Assembly: GCA_965368975.1 (NCBI GenBank)
Contig: CBDUPA010000013.1
Location: forward strand, 32,001-96,000
Direction: 5' to 3'
DNA: 64,000 bases
DNA from: an uncultured bacterium
Lineage (GTDB): Bacteria > Acidobacteriota > Thermoanaerobaculia > Multivoradales > JAHZIX01
The first letter of the stretch is position 1; every line of letters begins with the position of its first letter. Positions 45,279 through 53,573 of the stretch are shown piece after piece. Below the pieces are notes generated by a model that worked only from the letters and a program-made list of their open reading frames with translations, was not told where the DNA came from and did no database searches. Position numbers and translations under genes: made by a program.

Positions 45279-46636
45279 GTGTACCTCGCTCCCTGGTACT
45301 TCTCTTCATAGAACGACGGCAGCAAGCCATCTACCTGCAACAAGCCCGTGGGCGTCAACTCGACGGTCTCGCCCTCGACCTGGAGCAAGCCCCGTTCCTG
45401 CAACTGGCGCAGCTGCGGCTCGAAGGTCTCGATCGGGTCGATGCCGTACTTCTCGCGCAGCGGGGCCGTCGGAAGCTTGCCCAGCTTGAGCTGCAGGATC
45501 AGCTCACGCGTGAAGCGCTCGCGTTCCGTCGTGGCGAAGGCGCGGCCCACGGGCAGGCCGCCGGACTCGACGGCGTCGAGGTAGGGCTTCCAGCCGCTCA
45601 GGTTCTGGTAGTGGACACCACTCAGATGACCGAAGGCCGAGACGCCGGCTGCCAGCAGGTCAGTGCCGTGCCAGAGCGAGTCGCGGTAGACGAAGGGCTC
45701 GCGGGTGCCCTGCTTGACCAGGGTGTAGGCGCTGGAGACTTCGTAGCCGTGGGCGCACAGCTCGTCGATGGCGTACTGCTGCCACTCGCGCTTGAGTTGC
45801 CAGTCGGCGATGCGCGGCACGCCCTCACCACTATCTGCTTCCCCCTTGCCGAGGAGGCGCTGCGAGTAGACGGTGTTGTAGGGCAACTCCATCTGGTAGA
45901 TCGTGACGCTGTCCGGGTCAGCCTCGATGGTCTTCGCCACCGTGTCTTTCCAGGTCTCCCAGCGCTCCCCCACCATGCCGGAGATGAGATCGATGTTCAG
46001 CTGCCGGAAGCCCAGTTCCTGGATCCAGGGCAGCACGCGGTAAATCTCCTTGGAGACGTGGGCGCGGCCGTTCTCAGCCAGGATGGTGTCGTCGAAGTGC
46101 TCGACGCCCAGGCTCAGGCGGGTGACGCCGACCTCCTTGATCGCTTCCAACTTGGAACGCGTGAGGGTGCCGGGCTCCGCCTCGAAGGCGAATTCGCGCA
46201 GCGTGCCATCCTGCCAGTTCAACTCGTCGCGGATGTGGCCGACCAGGTTCTTCAGGTGCGGCACGCTGATGTAGCTGGGCGTGCCACCACCGAAGTAGAG
46301 AAAGTCGAGCGGCCGCTCGACCACCGCGGGCAGGGCACCATAGATCGCTAGCTCGCGCCCGACCGCGTCGACGTAGCCGCCGATCTGATCGGCGTTCTTG
46401 TCGGTGTAGACCTTGAAGTAGCAGAACTTACAGCGCTTGCGGCAAAAGGGAATATGGACGTAGAGGCCCATGGCCACGCCCGGGCGCGGTGGCAGCTGGC
46501 AGACGCGGTGAAAGTCTGCGAGCGCGTCCTCGTTCCAGAAGGAGTAGGGCGGATAGTTGGAAACGAAGACGCTGCCGACCTGGGTCGTGGCGCTGCTGGC
46601 GGCAGCAGAACTGGTGGCAGGTTCGGGGTTGGCCAT
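45275..46636 (-). CDS. HemN-like (class C) radical SAM enzyme
   Basis: YVHIPFCRKRCKFCYF (CxxxCxxC), GGGTPS, RLSLGV, NIDLI.G; N-terminal SNYPPYS; GGAG RBS before ATG 46636. Confidence 0.92.
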   Translation of the reverse strand: MANPEPATSSAAASSATTQVGSVFVSNYPPYSFWNEDALADFHRVCQLPPRPGVAMGLYVHIPFCRKRCKFCYFKVYTDKNADQIGGYVDAVGRELAIYGALPAVVERPLDFLYFGGGTPSYISVPHLKNLVGHIRDELNWQDGTLREFAFEAEPGTLTRSKLEAIKEVGVTRLSLGVEHFDDTILAENGRAHVSKEIYRVLPWIQELGFRQLNIDLISGMVGERWETWKDTVAKTIEADPDSVTIYQMELPYNTVYSQRLLGKGEADSGEGVPRIADWQLKREWQQYAIDELCAHGYEVSSAYTLVKQGTREPFVYRDSLWHGTDLLAAGVSAFGHLSGVHYQNLSGWKPYLDAVESGGLPVGRAFATTERERFTRELILQLKLGKLPTAPLREKYGIDPIETFEPQLRQLQERGLLQVEGETVELTPTGLLQVDGLLPSFYEEKYQGARYT

Positions 46637-46703
46637 ATGGAGAACTCCTAAGTGCGGAGATGAGCGGCTGTGCGCGGAGCTGAGAGCCGAAGAGAGGGCG
46701 ATT

Positions 46704-47852
46704 TCAGCCGAAGCAGTAGAGCGTGCCGTCAACGGTGCCGATCACCAAGCGCCCGTCGGCGATAGCGGGTGAGGCGAGGATGTCGGAGCCGGTGGTGAAC
46801 TGCCATTGCACCTCGCCGCTCTCTACATCGAGCGCTAGCAGGGTGCCGTCGAGCGGCGCCGCGTAGACGCGTGAGCCAGCGATCACCGGCGACGCATCGT
46901 AGCGCGCGCGGCTGCTGTGGCTCCACAACTCTGCGCCGGTCGCGCTGTCGAGGGCACGCAGGATCTTGTCCCGGCCGCCGATCACGACCCGCCCACTCTC
47001 CCCCGCAGTCTTTCCCGCGGCGAGCGCCGCCGAGGCGAAGTACGGGAACTTGCGCACGGGGTGCTCATAACGCCAGACGACTTCAGCCTTGCTCAGGTCG
47101 ATGCCCAGAACCTCGTTCTCGAAAGTGCCGACGTAGGCCCTCCCGTCGAGGATGGCGGCACCGGCGGCGGTATAACCACCGAGCGGAATCTGCGCGAGCT
47201 CCTTGCCGTCACTCAGGCGGACGCGGCGCAGGACTCCATCGCAGCCGGCGGACAGCGCGCTGCCCTGCCACAGTGCCGGCGGTGCGTGCACCGGCCCTCC
47301 CGTCTCGACCTTCCAGCGCAGTTGGCCATCGGCAGGATTCAGGCAGTAGAGGAACTGGTCGTACGAGCCGAAGAGCACGCAGCCCTCGGCGAGCAGGGCC
47401 GACGACGTCACTTCGGCTTCTGCCTCGAACGTCCACAACACCTTGCCGTCCTTGGCCGACAGCGCGTGGAAGGTGCCTCCTTCGTCACCGAAGTAGAGCT
47501 TGCCGTCCACGACCGTCGGCGTCGACTTGATCTCGATGCCGGCGCTGTACTTCCATTTCAGTTCCCCGCTGGCGAGGTCCAGAGCATAGAGGTGACCGTC
47601 CAGCGACCCGACGAAGACCGCGCCATCGACCACGGCAGCCGCCGCTTCGAAGCCTCCTTCGGCATGGAAGGTCCAGCGCGCTTCCAGCTCGGCGGGCAGC
47701 GCAACGGCACGGTGGCCGGTCAGCTGTGGATCCCCGCGAAAGCTCGGCCAGTCGCCGGCATCCGCGCGGGCTACCGGCGCGCCCAGAGCCAGCAGGGTCA
47801 GGAGGAGGCAAGAAGAGGCGTGGAACAGGACCACTGAACAGCGGGGCTTCAC
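46704..47852 (-). CDS. PQQ-like / BamB-like beta-propeller protein
   Basis: Signal peptide then DWPSFRGD; eight repeats of the type VFVGS.DG.LYALD..SG..KW; GTGA-coupled. Confidence 0.85.
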   Translation of the reverse strand: MKPRCSVVLFHASSCLLLTLLALGAPVARADAGDWPSFRGDPQLTGHRAVALPAELEARWTFHAEGGFEAAAAVVDGAVFVGSLDGHLYALDLASGELKWKYSAGIEIKSTPTVVDGKLYFGDEGGTFHALSAKDGKVLWTFEAEAEVTSSALLAEGCVLFGSYDQFLYCLNPADGQLRWKVETGGPVHAPPALWQGSALSAGCDGVLRRVRLSDGKELAQIPLGGYTAAGAAILDGRAYVGTFENEVLGIDLSKAEVVWRYEHPVRKFPYFASAALAAGKTAGESGRVVIGGRDKILRALDSATGAELWSHSSRARYDASPVIAGSRVYAAPLDGTLLALDVESGEVQWQFTTGSDILASPAIADGRLVIGTVDGTLYCFG

Positions 47853-49123
47853 GATGCGCGGGCTCCTTGATGCACGGGGGATGTCGGCTCGCTGCGACGG
47901 CGCGGCTCGAGCGCTTCGAGATACAGATTCTCCAGGTCTTGCTCGCTCACCGGGCGTGGATTGAAGCCAGCGGTCCACTGCTCCATCGCCTCGGCGGCCA
48001 GGCGCGGCAGCGCCTCCGCATCGACTCCAAACGCCTGCAGACGGCCGAGACTGGCGGCACGGTTGAGCTGTTCGAGGCGCAGTGCCAGACGCTCTCCGGC
48101 TTCGTCTTCGCTCACCTCGAGGTCACTCGCCTGCAGCAACTCGACGTAGGCCGCGGCGGCACCGCTGGCCGGATCGGCGGCGTTGAAGCGCACCACCGGT
48201 GGCAACATCAAGCCGACGGCGAAGCCGTGCGGTACGCCGTGGCGGGCTGTCAGCGGGTTGGCGCAAGCGTGTGCGGCGCCGAGCATCGACAGCTCGATAC
48301 CGCTACCGGCGAGAAACGATCCAAGCAGCATGGCGCGCCGCGCCTGCGAATCTTCAGGGGCCACCAGGTAGGACTCGAGCGCGCCTTCCAGCAACCGCCA
48401 ACCCTCGCGCGAGAACAGCCGCGAAATCGGGTTGTGGCGCGTACTGACATAGCTCTCGACGGCGTGGGCCACGGCGTCGACGCCGGTGTGGGCGGCGGTC
48501 TCCCGCGGCACCGACGAGATCAAACACGGGTCGAGCAGGACGCTGCGAAAGCGTGCCTTACGGTCGCCGCATGCCATCTTCGTCTTGCTGGCAGCCTGGG
48601 AGATCAGTGCGTAGCTCTGGGCCTCGCTGCCGGTGCCAGCGGTGGTAGGCACACCGATCGACGGCAGCATCGGCTGGCTTGCCTTGCCGCTGCCCCAGTA
48701 GTCTTCCATGCAGCCACCGTTGCTGAGCAGGAAGTTGATGCCTTTGGCGCAGTCCATGGCCGACCCGCCGCCGAAGCCCAAAATCAGATCCACTCGACCC
48801 CAGGCCTCGGCCACGGCACGGCCGGCCTCGACATGTGCGGTCGTCGGATTCGACTCGATGTCGGCGAACACCCGTACTTCCACACCAGCGTCAGCCAGGA
48901 CGGCCAGGGCTCGATCTGCGTGACCAGCCGCCTGCACTCCGGCATCGGTGACCAGCAGCACGTGCACCGCGTCGGCTGCGTCCCCACCAGTGGCCGCGGA
49001 CTCGCGCGCCAGCACGGTGCGCACTTGTTCGCCCAGCCGATCGAGGATGCCATCGCCGAACAGCACCTCGGCACCGTTCAACTCGGCGGTCCAGGAACCC
49101 GACGGTCGCAGATGAAAGTCCAT
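47849..49123 (-). CDS. Iron-containing alcohol dehydrogenase
   Basis: GGGSAMDCAK, PTTAGTGSE, DAVAHAVESY, GAAHACANPL...HG; AAGGAG RBS before ATG 49123. Confidence 0.93.
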   Translation of the reverse strand: MDFHLRPSGSWTAELNGAEVLFGDGILDRLGEQVRTVLARESAATGGDAADAVHVLLVTDAGVQAAGHADRALAVLADAGVEVRVFADIESNPTTAHVEAGRAVAEAWGRVDLILGFGGGSAMDCAKGINFLLSNGGCMEDYWGSGKASQPMLPSIGVPTTAGTGSEAQSYALISQAASKTKMACGDRKARFRSVLLDPCLISSVPRETAAHTGVDAVAHAVESYVSTRHNPISRLFSREGWRLLEGALESYLVAPEDSQARRAMLLGSFLAGSGIELSMLGAAHACANPLTARHGVPHGFAVGLMLPPVVRFNAADPASGAAAAYVELLQASDLEVSEDEAGERLALRLEQLNRAASLGRLQAFGVDAEALPRLAAEAMEQWTAGFNPRPVSEQDLENLYLEALEPRRRSEPTSPVHQGARAS

Positions 49124-49162
49124 GACGTACTCCTTGCCGTGCGGTCCAATATTCAGCGGGCT

Positions 49163-49216
49163 GGCTGCAGCGATTTTGGCTGCAGCGATTTTGGCTTCAG
49201 CGAGGTTGGCTTCAGC
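49163..49216. repeat. 15-bp tandem repeat (about 3.6 copies), intergenic
   Basis: ggctgcagcgatttt x2, ggcttcagcgaggtt, ggcttcagc. Confidence 0.85.
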
Positions 49217-50723
49217 CGCCAGCGGCCTGGAAGGCTCGCTGACGGTACAAATGTTCGAACAGGCTGCCCTCGTGCGGCTGATCCCAGGCAATGTGCGCCG
49301 TCGCGATAGCCCCCAGGTTGAGGCGGTCGATGTGCGGACATTCAAGGGCCCGGCGCTGAAAGTCCGGGTCGTCGCTGATCACGCTGCCGACCAAGGTCGA
49401 GCCGATGCGTTGCAGCAAGTCCGCTTCGGGCACCTCGACCACCGTCATGAAGGGGAAGACGAATTCTGCACTGGCCAGCGGATGCTCGGGATCGTCGCAG
49501 CGGATCACCGTCGGCCGCAGGAAGGTGCAACCCGCTATCTCGGCGACACGCGAGGCGTCTCCTCCCTGTTCTCGACGCAGGCGTGCCGTGACATCCTCGG
49601 CGCCGTCCAGCTGTAGTTGTTGCTCGATCATAGCGTCGACGGCGTGCGCCACTGCCGGATTGGCGAAGGCGGCCAGGCTCGCGTCGGGATCGTCGAGCGG
49701 CCGCGGTTCGAGCACTGCCAGACGCTCCGCCAGCGCTTCTGCGAGCGCCCGCGCACGACGGCCCGGCTTGTGCGGGTCGGTCGGCAACCAGACGCCCGAA
49801 GCGTTGATGCACGAGCGGCCTCCGTTGGCTGCCGCGCTCTCCACCAGCATGTCGAGGTGCTGGTCCCAGGCGTCGGCGGCATCGGGAGCGAAAATCACCT
49901 TGCTCCAGCCCGGACCGTGCGGCTGCACGCGCGGATCCTTGGCGAATCTCTCCACCGTCGCGGCGTCGCCAAACATCATCGAGCGACCGCAGCGCTGCAA
50001 CACCATCGGGCCGGCCGAGCGATCGGCTGGGTAGAAGCTGATCGCCTCTCGCGGGCAGCCGGCGGCGTAGAGTGCTTGTGCTACCCGCAACGGTGTCCAC
50101 GGCTCGGTGCTACCGGGTTTGAGTACCAACGCGACCTTGAGCGGAATCGCCGGCAGCCACAGCGTGTGCACGCCGGGTGAATTATTGGGCAGCACAGCGC
50201 CGAGCGTCTCGGAAAGACGCAGGTAACTCAACTTGCGCGCGTCCTGCTCTCCCCAACCGGCGTCGAGAACGCTCAGATCGAGACCGCGGGTCAGGCCACC
50301 GAGCACGGCGTCCATATTCTGCAGCACACCCGCCACCTTGAACATGTTCGCGCGCGCCAGCGCGTGCGGCATGCCGGTGGTGGACGACAGCTGGTGTACG
50401 TAGTCCTGTGTGGACTGGGTCGTCTGCGCCCGGCTTGCCGATGCCGGCGCAGTCTCGTCAAGGGGTAACTCGGCATCGAGGAAAAGGGCGGCAGCGCGGC
50501 CGCAGATTTCGACCAGCTCGGCGACGGTAAACGCGTCGAGCGGCCGGCGCAGCGTCTCGGGTTCGCGCAGATCGCGCGAGATCATGCCCGCCGTCGCTTG
50601 ACTCACCTGCGCGACCGGCTCGCCAGTGCGCACGTCGGTCAGGGTTTCGAGCGCCAGACTCCGGTAGGGCCGTCCGGCGCGTAGCAGCGGAAGGTGCGGT
50701 AGCTGTTCCTGCATGCGATCCAT
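49212..50723 (-). CDS. Aldehyde dehydrogenase-superfamily protein (acylating / EhpG- or LuxC-like reductase)
   Basis: VLPNNSPG, VLKPG, NGGRSCINAS (catalytic Cys), EFVFP; HGPGWSK replaces the usual ELGG. Confidence 0.8.
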   Translation of the reverse strand: MDRMQEQLPHLPLLRAGRPYRSLALETLTDVRTGEPVAQVSQATAGMISRDLREPETLRRPLDAFTVAELVEICGRAAALFLDAELPLDETAPASASRAQTTQSTQDYVHQLSSTTGMPHALARANMFKVAGVLQNMDAVLGGLTRGLDLSVLDAGWGEQDARKLSYLRLSETLGAVLPNNSPGVHTLWLPAIPLKVALVLKPGSTEPWTPLRVAQALYAAGCPREAISFYPADRSAGPMVLQRCGRSMMFGDAATVERFAKDPRVQPHGPGWSKVIFAPDAADAWDQHLDMLVESAAANGGRSCINASGVWLPTDPHKPGRRARALAEALAERLAVLEPRPLDDPDASLAAFANPAVAHAVDAMIEQQLQLDGAEDVTARLRREQGGDASRVAEIAGCTFLRPTVIRCDDPEHPLASAEFVFPFMTVVEVPEADLLQRIGSTLVGSVISDDPDFQRRALECPHIDRLNLGAIATAHIAWDQPHEGSLFEHLYRQRAFQAAGG

Positions 50724-50741
50724 CCTTCGGTCGACGCCGAT

Positions 50742-51830
50742 TCAGTAAACGCCGACCGTGACCGAGGTCTTGAGGCTGGAGAGCAGCCGCAGATTGCTCA
50801 CGCCGTCCCAAGGGTAGAGTGCCGTCGGTTCGGTTCGTTCACCTTCGTCGCGTTCCGGAAAGCGCGGCATGAAGAACTCGCGCGTCAGTGTGGTGAGCAA
50901 CACGCGACCGGTCTGTCCGTAGTCTACCGCCTTGTCAAGGTCCTCAGGGTCGACGATCTCGAAAATGGCGCGCGGAGCTGGCGCGTAGTAGGTGATCGTG
51001 TAGTCCTTGAGCTGCGGATCGAACGGCTTGGACTTGGCCAGCCCCATCAGGGTGTTGCCGTAGACCGGCACGAAGTCGATGCCCGGTACCAGCTCCTCGC
51101 GGGCGAAGCGGTGGAATTGCTTGTTCATCTCCGTGCCGCCGCAGAAGATGCCCCGGATACCCAGCTTGGCCAGGTCGACCTTCTCGCACAGCGCTTCGAG
51201 CAGCTTGGGCGTGGTGAAGATGCAGCGAATCTCGTGCGCGCGCAAAATGGTCAAGCCCTGGTGGATGACGTGTTCCTTGTACGCCTCCATCTCCTCGAAG
51301 CGCTGCGCCCTGAGCAGCTTGTTGACCCAGCGCGGATCGAGGTCGACGTGGAACGCAATACCACCGCGATATTGCGCCAGGTGCTCGATCGCCAGCCGCA
51401 GGCGACGAGGCCCCGTGGGCCCCAGCATCAACCAGTCGGCACCGCGCGGGAAGCCCTCAGAGTCGAGCGAGTCGGCCATCTCTTCGTAGTCGACGCGGAA
51501 GTCGTTGATGTTGATGCGGCTCTTGGGAACACCAGTAGAACCTCCTGTCTCGAACACGGAGACCGGCTGATCCGCTAGGGCCCGAGGCACCCAGCGGCGA
51601 ACCGGGCCACCGCGCAGCCACTCGTCTTGGAAGTGACCGAGCAGCTTGAGGTCGTCGTAGTTGCCAATCTCCTTGCGCGGGTCGAAGTCGAGCCCTCGCG
51701 CGTACTCGAGCCAGAAAGGGCAGCCACTGGCGGGATCGAAGTGCCAGGAGACCATCTCGCGGACGTGCTCGTCGAGACGGTCGCGGGCGGCGGCAATGGC
51801 GTCGGAAAGAGGGGTGCTGAGAGTATCCAT
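50742..51830 (-). CDS. Short adenylate-forming enzyme, EhpF-like / phenylacetate-CoA-ligase-like
   Basis: WHFDP.SGCPFW, ETGGSTGVPK (P-loop), DLDPRWV, YGNT, GRVLLTTL, ERDEG; lacks the small C-terminal ANL domain. Confidence 0.72.
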   Translation of the reverse strand: MDTLSTPLSDAIAAARDRLDEHVREMVSWHFDPASGCPFWLEYARGLDFDPRKEIGNYDDLKLLGHFQDEWLRGGPVRRWVPRALADQPVSVFETGGSTGVPKSRININDFRVDYEEMADSLDSEGFPRGADWLMLGPTGPRRLRLAIEHLAQYRGGIAFHVDLDPRWVNKLLRAQRFEEMEAYKEHVIHQGLTILRAHEIRCIFTTPKLLEALCEKVDLAKLGIRGIFCGGTEMNKQFHRFAREELVPGIDFVPVYGNTLMGLAKSKPFDPQLKDYTITYYAPAPRAIFEIVDPEDLDKAVDYGQTGRVLLTTLTREFFMPRFPERDEGERTEPTALYPWDGVSNLRLLSSLKTSVTVGVY

Positions 51831-51993
51831 GGAGTGCTCGGCCCGAGTGCGAGGTCAGCGGGAAAGCGCGCTGGTCGCGCGCCCGAAGGTGTCAACTACG
51901 ACTCTCCTGGTACGTCCGCGCGGTCGGCAAGGTTGCTTTGCCGTGCACCGCCGAGGTCGTTCGAAGATTCGTCTTCCGAGGGTTCGTAGCCAA

Positions 51994-52020
51994 CCGACCG
52001 CCGGATGTGCCGGCGGTCGG
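51994..52020 (-). terminator. 11-bp perfect hairpin between the propeller pair and the enzyme operon
   Basis: CCGACCGCCGG-ATGTG-CCGGCGGTCGG, 44 nt after the 52065 stop; only a weak U tail. Confidence 0.55.
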
Positions 52021-52064
52021 ATTCTGTGTCGTTGTGCAGTCTACCGCCCGAAGGCGCGGCGGAC

Positions 52065-53573
52065 TCAGCCGTCCGACGGCTTCAGCATCGCGCCTTCTTT
52101 GAGCGCGAACAACTGCGTGCGGCTCAGTATGTAGAGCACGCCGTCCTGCGCCACCGGTGTGGTGTAGACAGCGCTGCCCAGGTTGATCTCGGCCAGCACC
52201 TTCTTGGTCTTACTGTGCTCGAGCACAACCAGGTCGCCGTCCTCGTCGCCCAGGTAAACCTTGCCATCGGCAACGAAGGGCGAACCCCAGACCGCGGCGA
52301 AGGCGTCGTAGGTCCAGTAGTGCTCACCGGTATCGGCGTTGAGCGCGTAGAGGAAGCCAGACAGGTCTGCGGCGTAGGCGATGTCGTCCTTGATCGCGAC
52401 CGTCGAGATGGTGCGGTGGAAGTCTTCGCCACCGCGGTGCCAGATCACCGCCTTGTCGGTGACGTCCCCACGCTGCTTGCCGTCGACCACCCACAGGTGT
52501 CCCGGTCCCTCACCGTGCTCGGGATCCTGGCCGACCGCGATGTAGACACGGTCCTTGTGAATCACCGGCGTCGAGATGATGTTGTTGCGCGTGCCGGCGC
52601 CACCGAGACGCCACTGCGAGTCCTTGGGGTTGCAGTCGAACTTCCAGATCAGGTCGCCGGTCTTGGGGTCGAGCGAGTAGAGCCAGCCATCGCCCCCCGG
52701 GTAGATCAGCATCGGCGTGCCGCCGATGACGCCATACGACGGGTTCGACCAGCTACCGTGCAGGATGTTCTCGCCCGGCATGGTGTTGTCCCACACCAGC
52801 TTACCGGTGTCCTTGTGCACCGCGACCAGGCTGGGGCCGAAGGGCGACGGCACGTTGACGTGGCCCTCGTCGACACCATTGCCCGTCACCGCGTACACCA
52901 GGTCGCCGACGATCAGCGGCGAGCCGGCAGCCAGGTTGTGCGGGAAGACGTCCAACTCGCCGATCAGGTCGAGCGACCAGATCAGATCCGGGCCGTTCTC
53001 GGACTTGTCGTTCTCGTCCTTGATCGGACCGTCGTTCTCGCCGTCGTGCAAGCCCTCGGTGTCGGCGCACACGAGTTCAGCGCGGTTGGACACGTAGTAG
53101 AGGCGATCCCCTTCGATGTAGGGCGTCGAGCAGATCCCCTGCAGTGGCCAGTCGTGCACGCGGCCATCGGGCAGTTTGGTGTGGGTGGACTGCCAGAGCA
53201 GCGCTCCGTTCTCGAGGTCGAAGGCCATGATCACACCGCGGTCACCGGTGAGCTGGGGGTTCTTCTCGGCCTCGTTGTTGGTGCCGACGTAAACCTTGCC
53301 ACCGGCCACGACCGGTCCAGCGTAGCTTTGCGAGCCGACGCGGGCTGTCCACAGGATGTTCTTGCCACTCGCCGGGTCGAATTCGGTCGGCAGACCGGTC
53401 TCGTCGGACACCATGTTGCGGGACGGCGTGTTGCCGTACATCGCGACTTCCTGGGCCTGCACGGCCGGAGTTCCTACCAAGCCTGACGACAGAAGGGCCG
53501 CCACCAGGATCAGGGCCAGCGCCCACGCTTGCACCATCGGGATCGAGTTTGCGCGTCTCGAGGTCGTGCTCAT
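52065..53573 (-). CDS. PQQ-like beta-propeller protein, secreted
   Basis: Signal peptide ending VQA; MYGNTPSRN; repeated blades; acidic insert DTEGLHDGENDGP. Confidence 0.85.
   Translation of the reverse strand: MSTTSRRANSIPMVQAWALALILVAALLSSGLVGTPAVQAQEVAMYGNTPSRNMVSDETGLPTEFDPASGKNILWTARVGSQSYAGPVVAGGKVYVGTNNEAEKNPQLTGDRGVIMAFDLENGALLWQSTHTKLPDGRVHDWPLQGICSTPYIEGDRLYYVSNRAELVCADTEGLHDGENDGPIKDENDKSENGPDLIWSLDLIGELDVFPHNLAAGSPLIVGDLVYAVTGNGVDEGHVNVPSPFGPSLVAVHKDTGKLVWDNTMPGENILHGSWSNPSYGVIGGTPMLIYPGGDGWLYSLDPKTGDLIWKFDCNPKDSQWRLGGAGTRNNIISTPVIHKDRVYIAVGQDPEHGEGPGHLWVVDGKQRGDVTDKAVIWHRGGEDFHRTISTVAIKDDIAYAADLSGFLYALNADTGEHYWTYDAFAAVWGSPFVADGKVYLGDEDGDLVVLEHSKTKKVLAEINLGSAVYTTPVAQDGVLYILSRTQLFALKEGAMLKPSDG

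Noticed and set aside
45275-46636. Calling the radical SAM gene hemN
   Set aside because: There is no heme-pathway context and the family contains many non-HemN activities.
49124-49345. N-terminal extension of Fe-ADH containing AAKIAAAKI
   Set aside because: This is translation of the intergenic 15-bp repeat; an RBS supports ATG 49123.
51835-51990. Possible riboswitch upstream of the EhpF-like gene
   Set aside because: Small hairpins are present (e.g. GGCAAAGCAACCTTGCC), but I could not match any known aptamer consensus by eye.
52005-53486. 493-aa plus-strand ORF (likewise 47726-49309, 43857-45311, 39404-40618, 14600-15925, 13858-15150)
   Set aside because: These lie exactly opposite well-supported minus-strand genes and have no recognisable domains.
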